64,000 nt of DNA, taken from the NCBI GenBank assembly GCA_951406725.2, contig OX597819.1, positions 97,588,001-97,652,000 on the forward strand, given 5' to 3'. The DNA comes from Octopus vulgaris (Eukaryota). Position 1 is the first letter of the stretch, and each line of letters starts with the position of its first letter. The translations under genes and the position numbers were made by a program. Shown here piece by piece: positions 51,429 to 64,000 of this stretch. Under the pieces are notes generated by a model. The model did no database searches and was not told where the DNA came from. It saw only the letters and a list, made by a program, of their open reading frames with translations.

Positions 51429-51431
<3 letters not shown>
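51254..51431. repeat. Perfect ~67-bp inverted repeat around a (TA)n spacer
   Basis: GTGAAATTTG...CCTTAATATTT-(TA)n-AAATATTAAGG...CAAATTTCAC. Confidence 0.9.
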
Positions 51432-51485
<54 letters not shown>

Positions 51486-52341
51486 ATATAATATAAATTA
51501 GGGAATAAACAACTATTATGCGATTCAAACAATGATAAACATTTACCAAGTCATAGATAAAAAATAAAATATATTTATTAAAAACATATAACTAGATCAT
51601 AAGAAGTACAAAAACGAATAAGCAATATATAATAAGTAATAAGTAATAAGTATATATACATATATGTACACGTCGTCCTCGTAATTTAGCAGTTCAGCAA
51701 TGAAGCATCACTTGCTTCGGAACTGACGTATAAGTGACCAAACATTCCAGGCATGTGTATCCTTTACGTAATTCTCAGATAAGGCTGTGACATTTGAATG
51801 TGACATTTCTCTGACAAAGTATGAGTCAACCTGTCGATATAGAAAATTACGTCTACTCATGATGTTATGCTGTAAGATCGAACCCATGGTCACGTAGTTG
51901 CGAAGCGAACTTCTTAACCGTCCAGCCAGTCTGAACCTATTAGATACACATAATGTTTGTCCAGTTGTGGCTGAGGAAGACCATCAGTGACCATTAAGCA
52001 GTAATACTCATGCAGAAGAAACAAAGGAAATTATTTTCAGCACGACATCTTATAGACCCTCTCCACCCTATTAACACGATCCAGAGACAAACCGAAGCAA
52101 GATATTTAGTGCAGATGTGGTTTGGAATGTAGGAGCGCCATGATCTCAAGCGTAAGCAAAAGCTCCCCATAGTATTCAATGCAATTTCCTGCACATCCGG
52201 CTTTATATCAGAATGACCTAGAGATATGCTTTAACAAAAGCTGAGTAGTGCCTTACACCCTGTGGTCTTTTAGCACACCGGGCGCCATACTGGAATCTCA
52301 GCAGGACTAAATATACATGTAGACATACATACATACATACA

Positions 52342-52374
<33 letters not shown>

Positions 52375-53454
52375 TCACACATACACACATACATGCGTAA
52401 ATACATACAAGTCTGTGTGTGTTTGTATCTGTACCTGTTTGTGTTTAAATGTAGAGATTAATCAGTCAGTATTGGTTAATGTGTGGGAATTCATCAACAT
52501 TATTGCGAATGACTAGAGGGAGATTTGGCCGCTATGTGTATCAGGTTTAAAGGTCTATAAACAGGTTTAAAAGGTCTATAAATATAAGCAAAATTCACAG
52601 GAATGTTATTATCACGTCTGAGGTAAATGATATCAAGTATTTGAGTGGTTAAAAAAATGTAGTGAATAGTGCATTGAGTACGCAATGTCATTTTAGTTTT
52701 TAAAAAACAGCAAAACAAAACAAAACAAAATAAAACAAGAAGAAACAAAAGAAATTATTTTCATAAAATTTCTTTGCCGTCATCTTGTATTTGAATTATG
52801 AAGCCCAATCCCCGATGGGAACCATTCGAATGCTGCACTTTCACTCTGCAAACGGAAGGAAGTTGAGACAGAATGAGAAATTATTTTAACTAATATTAAG
52901 ATATAAAACATAACTTATGGAAGAAAATTTTTTATCAACATTAACATCCTGTATAGAACTCCACAAAAAGAAAATAACGAGAAAATTACCAACTGAAGCT
53001 TTATAGCAAAATTCGATCCAAAAATCAGGGCATATATAGTACAAAGTCTAAGTGGAATTAACCGTTGAACAATTTAAAATCTGGCATTGGCGATTTTATC
53101 AAATACAACAGTATTCCCTTGATCTTTTTTTGATCTACTGCCAAGCGCGCGAAGAGCACTTCAACAGCGTTATCATTTCAGTCATATGATGTGACCAAGA
53201 AGGTCTTGAAATGTAAATAAACTCAGAAAGCGTGTTGTTTGATACTAGACATAAAGGATTAACAAGGAAATACGAAAAATCATTAATAAAAGATATTACA
53301 GTCGAACACAGTGTCCTTAATATAACATATTTAAAGAAAAGCTGTCCTTTATTTATGCACATAAACGCACTCACAATCACATACACACACAGATACACAT
53401 GTTCGTTTATATACATACATATGTGCGTGCTTGTGTATGTATATAAAGTACTTT

Positions 53455-54000
53455 TCCTTTTCCTTGTTTCAGTCATTTGACTGCGGCCATGCTGGAGCAC
53501 CGTCTTTAGTCAAACGAATCGATCCCAGGGCTTATTCTGTGCGAGCTTAGTACTTATTCTATCGGTCTCTTTTTGCCGAGCCGCTAAGTTAGGGGACGTA
53601 AACATACCAGCATCGATTGTCGAGCGATGTTGGGGGAACAAACACACATACACACACACACATACAACGGGCTTCTTTCAGTTTCCGTCTACCAAATCTA
53701 CTGACAAGGCATTGATCAGCAGTGCCACGCAGTGGGACTGAACCTGAAACATGTAGTTGGACTTTTTTTTAGGACTTTTTTTCAAAGCTTTTTAAATATA
53801 TATACATATATTTGAAAAAATGAATAGAAATGGCTGAACTTCTGCACGGTTTCCGTCTAACAAATTTACTCACAAGGTATCGGTCATCTCGGGTATCTAG
53901 TAGAAGACACTTGCGCAAGATGTCGCGCGGTGGGACTGAACTTGAAACCACACAAAGTTGCAAAGCAAGCTTCTTAACCATGAAGATATACCTGCGCCTA
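53455..54000 (-). mobile_element. Two adjacent SINE copies
   Basis: Same family blocks as 23217-23705. Confidence 0.75.
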
Positions 54001-54031
54001 TACACAGATTCATATTTAATTACTGGTATGT

Positions 54032-54084
<53 letters not shown>

Positions 54085-54089
<5 letters not shown>

Positions 54090-54387
54090 GAAAAAACAAG
54101 TCAAAAATAGAAAATGCTAAGATAATTTTATAGTGAATCTTTCGTTTTTAAACGACCTCGAACACACAAGTGCAAACAAGGGAGTCAGAGAAAGGCAGAA
54201 TGCTACTTATATCTGAACACTACTACAGAAATATTCTTTTAAAAAAACTTTTCTTCTAAATTTTCTAAATTTAATTATTTAATCGTTACAGTTGAAAAGG
54301 TCTCAAAATGACCGAAACCGGTACTGAAAGATTCACTAAAAAATTATCTTAGCATTTTCTATTTTTGACTTGTTTTTTCATATATAT
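54085..54387 (+). mobile_element. Penelope-like fragment with ~58-bp terminal inversion, inserted at (TA)n
   Basis: 54085-54143 is the reverse complement of 54326-54387; contains a hammerhead. Confidence 0.7.
54281..54333 (+). ncRNA. Type I hammerhead ribozyme, U3-A8 core variant
   Basis: AATC.TTA-CAG-TTGAAAA-GGTC TCAAAAT GACC-GAA-ACCGGT-A^-CTG-AAA-GATT; predicted cleavage after 54323. Confidence 0.7.
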
Positions 54388-54413
54388 CAACTCGTGTGTT
54401 CCTTTCCACCCTT

Positions 54414-54470
<57 letters not shown>

Positions 54471-54962
54471 TGTATGTATGTATGCGAGTGTGTTTGTCCA
54501 CCACCACCACCACCACCACCGCTTTACAACTGGCGCTAGTTTCTTTACATCCTGTAAGCTATCGGTTCGACATAAGAGACCGATTGAATAAACACCAGAC
54601 TTAAAATGAGTACTGGGTTCGATTTGTTCGACTAAAACCCCGAAGCTCGTGTCCTAGCATGGCGGTAGCCCAATGACATACATACATATATACATGGTGG
54701 TTAGGCTGTTGCACTCATGATCGCTAGATCGTGGGTTCGGTTCCCTGACAGGGTGGCGTGTTGTGTTCTTGAGCAAAACAGTTCATTTCTCATATTTCAC
54801 ATTGCTCTAGTCCTACTTCGATCAGTGGGGAATGTTGGCCTGCTCACCTAGCCAGAGGAGTGGCATCGTTTGAAGGCTAAAACAAAGCAAAAGCGAATTG
54901 TGACCAGCGATGTGTAACAATATCTGATAGACTGGTCTGTCACGTGATCACGTAATCACATG

Positions 54963-55003
<41 letters not shown>

Positions 55004-55173
55004 TGAATTTAAAATAACCAGTACTCATCACAGAGCCGTGAGTACAGCACTTTATTTATCAAACAACGTTATCATATTATATTAACAAACAACGTTATTA
55101 TCATTGGCCTCTACAAATAGATAGACAGGTGTGCGATAGCCACAGGGATTATCCACCGTTAATATTAAGATTA

Positions 55174-55385
55174 AGGCGGCAAACTGGTAGAATCGTTAGC
55201 ACGCCGGGCGAAAAATGCTAAGCGGCATTTCGTCCCTCTTTACATTCCGAGTTCAAATTCCGGCGTGGTTGATTTTGCCTTTCATCCTTTCGGGGTCGAT
55301 AAAATAAGTACCAGTTGAGTGCTGGGATCAATGTAATCGACTAGCCTCCTCTCCCGAACTTGCTGGCCTTGTGCCTAAATTTGAA
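55174..55385 (+). mobile_element. Meta-core SINE
   Basis: AGGCGGCAAACTGGTAGAATCGTTAGC...GCCTTTCATCCTTTCGGGGTCGATAAAATAAGTACCAG. Confidence 0.82.
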
Positions 55386-55789
55386 GTCAGTAGTGGCGAT
55401 AAGAACTTGGATGATCACAGAGAAAGCATCATCCTTCTCTGTCTCAACTTCGATATTTCATTTCCTGAAAGTCAATACTTATTCAGGTCTGGTAGAGACA
55501 CTATTGATTTGCAGCGAAAGAAATCTAAGAAAAACGGAAAAACAAAATCTTGATCTCACTAAAGCTTTTGATTCAGTCAGTTACGAAGAACTTTGGTGAT
55601 TCATTGTGAAGATCGGATAACTTGTCAGGTGCGGTTGAAATCATTTGCTATTTCTTCAATTGTATGAAGGCACGCGCCGGAGAAATTGAGGACACATCAC
55701 ATGCATTCTTATGCATGCCGATCATGCTTTTGGATTACGTCCGCGATAATTTATAGCGCCATGTTTTGTTGACTAATTCCATGCACCAC

Positions 55790-57725
55790 ATCCTGTAAAA
55801 ACACATCGTTTTATTGATTTCATGAAACTTGACACGTGAGTAGAAATCATGTCTCGAAATTTCGTGACATACTTAGATTGTTGAAAAATCGATAATACGG
55901 CTTCTGGAAGGGATCCTTATATCTAACTAATAATTTTTAAAACACCCAAGGGAAATAACCCATAGCAACTGCACAATATTTTTTAAACACTCAAGGGAAA
56001 TAACCATACCACCTACACTTACAGTTGTTAGTTTTTAGCAAAGCGATCAATATTTGATTCTCACGATCAGCGGACCTAATTTTGCATTTCACTTACTCAC
56101 AATTTTGAACTGCTAAATCTTATTATTGCACTTTCTTGATGCATGTACACTTTCAATGCCCTTAACTCCGATAACTCTGCATTTTTCCAGTTCATATTTT
56201 TCGATGACAGTACATAAATTTTTGATTCCAGAACGTATTTAGTAAGTGTGTCCCAATACAATAAACTCATACTTTGAATGCTTCAAATTCTCAAAAAATT
56301 AAACCAAACTTCCGCGTCACATTCAGTTGGGACATCCTGTATCACGTATACTTATTTTACAAATCATAATACTTATTGCTTATTTACAGTTCATACAATA
56401 TTTTCATGAAACTAATTAATCATAATATTTATTACTTATTTGCATTTCATACATTTTCATGAAACTAATTGAGCCATCGAATTTAGAAATATTTTACAGG
56501 TTTCATTCTTTATGTTCGATTACTTTGAATATTGATTTTTTTTGTGTGTCCAATTTCTAATTTTTGTGGACAATATCACTTTTATACTTTATTTGACACG
56601 TGAGTAGAACTCATATCTGGAAACCTCGTGACATACTTAGATTGTTGAAAAAAAGTCATTGATAATAGGGCGTCCTCCAATGGATCCTTATATCTACTAC
56701 ATATTACTAATATTTTATTTGAACAACCAAAGGGAAATAACCCATACCCCCTGCAGTTTTTAGCGAAGCGATCAATATTTGATTCTCACGACCAGCTGAC
56801 CTAATTCTGCATTTCAGTACTCACAGTTTTGAACTGCTAAACATTATTATTGCACTTTCTTGATTTGAATCTTAAACCTTAAAGACTTCATTCATACATT
56901 TCTATACATACATACTTATTTGAATGCCCATTACTCCGATAATTCTGCATTATTCCAGTTAAACTTTTTCCATGACAATAGATAAATTTTTTACTCCACA
57001 ATGTAATTGTAGTGGCTTCATGCAGGCATAGCGTGGATTCAATCTCCGATTGCCAAATTTCACATGCCCATAACTCCGATAATTCTGCAGTTTTCCAGTG
57101 CAAATTTTTCGATTATAGTAGATACATTTTTCATTCCACAACGTATTTCATAAGTTTGTCACAGTACAATGAACTCTTACTTTGAATGCTTAAAATTCTT
57201 AAAAAATGAAACCAAACTTCTACACCGCATTGACTTGCGACACCATGTATCAGTTATACATATTTTAGAAATCATAATATTTATTGCTTATTTACAGTTC
57301 ATACAACATTTTGATGAACGTCTATTCTAATTTAATATCTAAACAGTTATTTAGAATTGCTGTAATTAATTTAGATATTGCATTAATACACATTTTTTCA
57401 ACATCTCCAAATAATTAAATGCTAACAATGCATGCGGGGTTTTCAATTAAATTTCATTACATAACTCCGATAAGTCTGCATTTTTCCAGATGATAGATAA
57501 GTTTTTGATTCCAGAATTTATTTAATGTGTTCCAATACAATGAACTCATACTTTGAATGCTTAGGATTATTAAAAAATGAAACCAAACTTCCATACCACA
57601 AAGAGTTATTTACTTTGAATTGTTATTATCTCATATGTGATTAGCCTTTTATTACGTAACATACTTAACGATTTTCGTATACATACCTTATTAGTATTTC
57701 CTCCTAAGTTCTATATACTCTAGCA
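55790..57725 (+). mobile_element. Internally repetitive Helitron-like non-autonomous element (two ~760-bp subrepeats)
   Basis: ~55830-56400 recurs at ~56595-57310; shares AAGGGAAATAACCCAT and a ~120-bp block (57600-57720) with 35233-36409. Confidence 0.6.
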
Positions 57726-59108
57726 ACGATATATTTTCGCAATCTATCCACTGTACATGGTGTGTTACACAATGGTGTACAGATCTGGTAAATACTGCTC
57801 ATGGCACCTGACACAGTGCTATACTGATCTGGTGAACACTCTTTCTGGTATGTTAAAGTGATCGGTTGGACATAATTCATGGAGTTTTACAGAACATTAT
57901 TCAAATTTTGCGTTCACAGTCCTGACGTAGTACAGAGTGGTATACACATATAATGGACACCATCAACAGTGTGTAACACAATGACAAAAAGATACAACGG
58001 ACACTGTTCACAGTGTATTACACAATGTTATACAGATATGGTACATACTGTTTATGGTGTATTCTGCATGTGTGTATGTGTTGAAGTCACAGAAGCTATG
58101 TTTTTTCTCGTCAAGAAATAGTAAACAAAAATTGTGTTTACTCGTTTTCATTAATAAATAGAGATCCAAATGTCACAAAAATTTGTAAAGCACTGCCGAA
58201 GGTTAGTATGAAAATAAATATGCAAAACAAATTAAGATAAAATATATTATTTCTGAGATATTTCGGGTACAGACAAATGCTCCTTTAGTATCATCAAGAT
58301 GCGTATTTAAGTGTGTTTGAGTACGTAGTATGTCGTTTATTGGTACCGTCTGGAAGGCTAGGCTAGGCTACACAAATGACTTCGCAGGCCTTCCCAGGCC
58401 TTCCCAGGCTGTATGTGTCTGATGTAGGCATTACCTTATGAATGAAATGCTCGCTTTGCAATCATACGGCCTTGTGTTATGATTCCACTGCGTAGCGTCT
58501 TGGGTGAGTGACGAAAATCTTCTAAGGAAAATTGAGTCGCAAGTCTTCCAAGGAAAATTGGGTTAGTGTATGGAATCCCGTTGCATGGACAGTGTCTGTA
58601 GTTCGGAGAACCAGGTTTTACACATAGTTGATTATATGTTGATTTTTGCATAAAATTACATCAAAGATACGAGGTCTATTGAACCACTTCAGTGAGGGAC
58701 AGAAACTATGTGGAACCCCGTATGATGGATTGTAGCTTGATTTAGAGGGTTAACCTTGTCACATAGCATGACACATTATGTTGTCACACACCATATCACG
58801 TAGAATACCATACTGTATGTAACACAGCATATCAATCAGCTTGTTATGCTGTATATCACATAATGTGAGGAATATTCGGCCACTTTGTACAATGGAATGA
58901 ATATGCAGTTCCGTTGATTGAATTATTTGAACACTTGTGGTTGGAACTGATATGACATTCAACGTACCATACTGTGAGGGCGTTTGTGTAATGTGTGTAT
59001 GAGTATGATTGTGGGCGTGTTTATGCATGTGTGTATGTGTGTGTGGGAGAAAAAGAGAAAGGAAGAAAGAGAGAGAGGAGGTGTGTGTGAAAGAGAGAGA
59101 AAGAAGAG

Positions 59109-59192
<84 letters not shown>

Positions 59193-59524
59193 GAGGAATA
59201 GAGAGATGAGGTATGGTTGTATGTGTGTATAAGTGTGTGCGTGTGAGAGAGTGAGTGAGTGAGTGAGTGAGAGAGTCAGAGGTGACTATCCGTTCTGTGT
59301 GTATATTGGATATCAGGAAAGGATTATCGAGTGTTGAGGAGTGAGATTATTGAGATCTAAATCACAACATATGCTATCTTGACTGCGTGAAGGAAATTCT
59401 TTCAAGGAGAAAGTACTTTTGCGGTGGGCTGGTGGTGTCAGTATTTAAGACAGGGGAGTGCTATTTTCTGACTGAACATCGTTTGTTAAATAAGAGAGAT
59501 CAATAACCCATTTTTATTAATATA

Positions 59525-59705
59525 GCAACAAGGCCTGAAATTTTTTTGCGAAGGGGGTTAGCTGATTACATCAACAGGTAATTTGTTTTATCGACCCCCG
59601 AAAGGATAAAAGGCAAAGTCGACCTCCTGCGCAATTTGAACTCAGAAAATTTGAACAGAACAGCCGGAAGAAATGCCGCTGAGCATGTTGTCCGTGGAGC
59701 TAACG
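59525..59705 (-). mobile_element. Decayed Meta-core SINE
   Basis: CGACCCCCGAAAGGATAAAAGGCAAAGTCGACC core. Confidence 0.7.
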
Positions 59706-60702
59706 AGTATGTAAAATTTGCAATAATAACGGAAATAGAGCAACAACAACAACAGCAGCAGCAGCAACAACAACAACAAACAACAACAAACAAGAACAAT
59801 ATCGCCTACACTACAATAACAACCACAAGTACCATAACAACCACCACTACCACTACCACAACAAAAGCCCCAACTACAACAACAGCAACGGCAAAGCCAA
59901 TCTATTTAGCGACCAAAAAGACGACCACTAAGACACTGGCTTAAAGATCAAAGCTAACAATAGTTGCGGTAACCCGGGAAATAAGGAAACTGCACTGGTT
60001 CAACCTACTTAACACATTAACACCTAAATATTCAGAACATGGGATAACACTGATCCTAGGTCCTTTTTACAAGGGTTCTGGGCACCCCACGCATCTCTCA
60101 TTCATACTACTCCTCACCGTATTATAACCAATATTGTTTGCTGTTGTTTATTGTCGAATTGTATTCTTTTTGTGTTTTGTTGCGGAATTATATCAGCTCA
60201 GAATAACGGGATAACGGTTTATGGGCTCTTTCTTTGTTTGATGTCCATGCCCAAAGATAGATAGTTCGTGCGCACACACATACACACAACCATACATACA
60301 CGCTTACATATAAACGCATACACACAAACATACCGACACACCACACATACACACAGAGGTAGATATAGATATATAAAGAGATAGATGGATCGCAAGATTG
60401 ATGGGTAAAATATATATATATATATCTTCTACTTCTTTCTACTATATATATATATATATATATCTTCTACTATATATATATCTATATATACGTATGTGTA
60501 TATATATCTGTGTGTATATATGTGTGTATATATGTATATGTATATATATATATATGTTATGTATATATATGTGTTTTTGTGTGTGTATGTGTATCTATCT
60601 ATCTATATATAGAGATATAGATAGATAGATAAATAGATAGATAGATAGTTAGATAGTTAGACAGACAGATAGATAAATAGATAGATAGATAGACAGACAG
60701 AC

Positions 60703-60794
<92 letters not shown>

Positions 60795-62582
60795 GATAGA
60801 TAAATTGATAGACAGAGAGATAGATAGTTGCCGGATGGATTGGTAAGTAGATAAATGGATGGGTGCATAGATAAAATTTCGAAAAGATTGGCAGATAGAT
60901 TAATAGATATACAGATAGATATAAGAGAGAGAAGGGAGAGAGATAAATTCATGTACACAGAGATTATTCTATAGATAAGATATGTAAATAAAACAATAAT
61001 TGATTGACAGATAAGGCCCACAAGCAATTACTTCTATTTAACACATGCATACATAAATATACACGTACACACTGGTGTATTCATAAATACACTCACCAAC
61101 ATCGTAAGCACATACGTACATAAATGTGTGTTTAATTAATACAACGAGGGAGAGCAAAACTAGTAATTTTTTTTTTTGGATTACGCAGTCAAAAACAACT
61201 AAATCAATCATGGCTTTTTTTGTAGGTCTTAACATATTTGAAGGGGGATCATAGAGTGAAAATTGTGAAAAGCGTGGACCTGATACATTGAAAGAAGCTA
61301 CTACTACATTTAGTGGATACAAAATATTCATCACCCTTTAAAATATTATACTTTCCGTTTGTATTATTCAGTGTTGATGTGGAGAGACTCTTTTGTAAGT
61401 AAAAACTTATCAGGGCGTCTCAAAACCTTTGGGTGTGTTGCCTAACTGGCTGAGGTAACTTCCCAAGGAAAACTGTCTTCATGAATGATAAAGAACATGG
61501 AGTAAAATTCATTGGCGAAAAGCAGACAATTGGAAGATGTCTTCTAGGAATTTAATTTGTTAAACAAAACATTACAAAGCAAAAATACTAACCTTGTAGA
61601 TTACAAGAAAGCTAACGTTTCTTTTATTAAAAAAAGAAATCGAAATCGTTGTTCAATTGTGAACGTTGGGATTTTTACTTTTTCCAAACTTAAAGGCGAT
61701 CACAGAAACGATGAAAGGCGATAAACTTATAAATTATACGAAGTATCTCAAGGAGGTACAAAAAGATATGTAGGAAAGAATTACAGATTTTGAATCCATC
61801 TGAAGCAGTGATTACTCATATCCATGAGTGATCTTCAAAGTGATTTGACTGTACACATAAATCATTCTACACAATGAAAAATGTTGAGGAGAAAATGATA
61901 TTGCATGAATGATATAAAAATATTAATTATAGAAGCTTAAGCACTCTAGATAAGTAATTAAATGCTCGAAGTTCAATACCTTAGCAGACTATAAACATTC
62001 TGTGGTTATCGGCCGGAGATGGTGCCTAGCTACATGATAAAATTATTCTAAGAAGACAAGAGATGTTAGCTTCATCTTTACTTAGCAAGACCTCATTAGT
62101 TTAAATGAATTGTCTGAGCGAAAGACATTTAAAAGCTATATATTTACGTTCTGAATTGAAATTCCGCAAAGGTCGACTTTGCCTTTCATCCTTTCGGGAT
62201 CGATAAATTAAGTACCAGTTGCGTACTGGGGTCGATCAGTTGGGGTTATGATCAACGTCTATTTGAACTAAATAAATAAAAATAATGACTCTCGAACACA
62301 TCCATATAAATATATGTATTTATTACTCTACTATAAACCTTCCGGGACATCAAGATGTTTATCTATCATTTAGCTTCTTTGGCCAGTGTTAAAAGAGACA
62401 ATTTCTTGTAAAGATTTTCTTTAACTAGTAGTCAGTTACAAGGAGTTGAATATATATCGACCTGAACATACAAAAGAAACGAATGGAACGCGTTTATACA
62501 ACAGAAACTATTTCTGCCTTACTAAAGTGTTGAAAATAACAACAGAGTGCTCTCTCTCTCTGTCTCTCTCTCACTCCCTCTC

Positions 62583-62619
<37 letters not shown>

Positions 62620-62631
62620 TACGAGTACATT

Positions 62632-62684
<53 letters not shown>

Positions 62685-63123
62685 ACACACACATATATAT
62701 TTATATATTTATTTAGAATATTGAGATACCTAGAAGCTTTTATATGGTAATTAGGTGCAAATGAATTTCACAAAGCGAACCTTAATTTTGTCCAATAGAA
62801 ATATTTAATTATCGAGAGTTCTCATCGACTAATTAGGAATTAATTGAGGTTAAAAATAACGTCTATGTGAACTAAATAAACGGAAATAACGAATTTCGAA
62901 TATACCTATACAGAATACACTTACGTACACACACACTCAGTTACATGTACATACGCCCATAAAGAAACATACCCATGAATACGATATAGCTTTTACTTTC
63001 CTGACTGGCTTTTATATATGACAATCAATCACAAGCAAAACTCATTGCTAGTCATTTTCGAAAAACACTTTTAAACAAAAGAAAGAAAATAATTTAATGT
63101 TTAATTTCTAGTTTATCCATCCA

Positions 63124-63425
63124 TTTATGAGGAAACCCCCTTCGGTCATGAATGACCATGGGATTGCACCTAGAAAGTTATCCTCCGAGGCACAAGTCCA
63201 GGTAAGGTTGTTTATAGAAGGCCATGCATACCAGCCTCCCCTCTCCACACCACTGATGTTATCCAAGGGAATGGCAAAGGGGCCGATACAGCTTGGCCCC
63301 AGTGATGTCGCAACTCATTTCTACAGCTGAGTTAACTGGAGCAACGTGAAATAAAGCAGCCCGGTCCGGGAATCGAACACACAACCACACGATCGTAAGC
63401 TCGACGCTTTAACCACTGAGCCATG
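63124..63425 (-). mobile_element. tRNA-derived SINE, third family
   Basis: Head TGGCTCAGTGGTTAAAGCG...GTTCGATTCCCGGACC; tail ...CATGGTCATTCATGACCGAAGGGGGTTTCC. Confidence 0.78.
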
Positions 63426-63434
63426 CACATTGAC

Positions 63435-63521
<87 letters not shown>

Positions 63522-64000
63522 TATATACATACATATATGTATATACCTACATATACATGTATATATACATGCATATATGGGTTCAAGACAAAAAAACGTT
63601 GAACACATTGAGAAACGAAAATATAAAAACAAAAACATAGAAAACGAACTTTTTTTCGGACAATGAAGAAACAAACAGAAACGAGATATGCAATATAAAG
63701 AATATTCCTCTTCATCAGTTATCTCTGTTTCATCTACTCGGCGTTACATTATGCCGGCTACCGTCTAATGATACTGACTAGTAAGTCAGTTTTTCAAGGT
63801 TCCATCCTGGTCATACCGATATAATGTAGGATAAATATAGTAAAAACAAGAATGCTAGGACGGAATTTATAAATATTTAATACATCGCAACGCGCGTTTC
63901 CACAAATCCCATGCATCTGACATCAGAGTCGGTATCCTTGGGATTAGTACATTATATTCCGCATTATCCGCGGGAATCCGGTTGATCATCACCATTGATT

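Noticed and set aside
58436-58651. Minus-strand 71-aa ORF/possible exon with AAG|GTAATG donor
   Set aside because: Acceptor and frame are ambiguous, the longest frame stops just before the donor, and no recognisable domain.

Overview
AT-rich, microsatellite-saturated animal genomic DNA. The SINE families and (TA)n/(TACA)n/(CA)n density suggest a cephalopod, probably Octopus (inference, no database check). No confident host protein-coding gene; most long ORFs are microsatellite artefacts or transposon remnants. Positions 1-6.4 kb and ~24.3 kb carry a duplicated cluster of six intron-containing tRNA-Lys(UUU) genes/pseudogenes plus two orphan 3' halves. The rest is nested mobile DNA: an ORF1-only non-LTR element with a 23-bp TSD; Hero-, R4/Dong-, CR1/L2-, RTE- and Tx1/L1-type LINE fragments; Tc1 and hAT transposons; non-autonomous Helitron-like elements; MITEs; and many tRNA-derived SINEs. 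The most striking hidden signal is a set of type I hammerhead ribozymes inside ~350-360 bp tandem or inverted repeat units inserted in (TA)n. They include a two-ribozyme tandem (36435-37107) predicted to release a 352-nt monomer (retrozyme/Penelope-type) and two ribozymes with a compensatory U3-A8 core.
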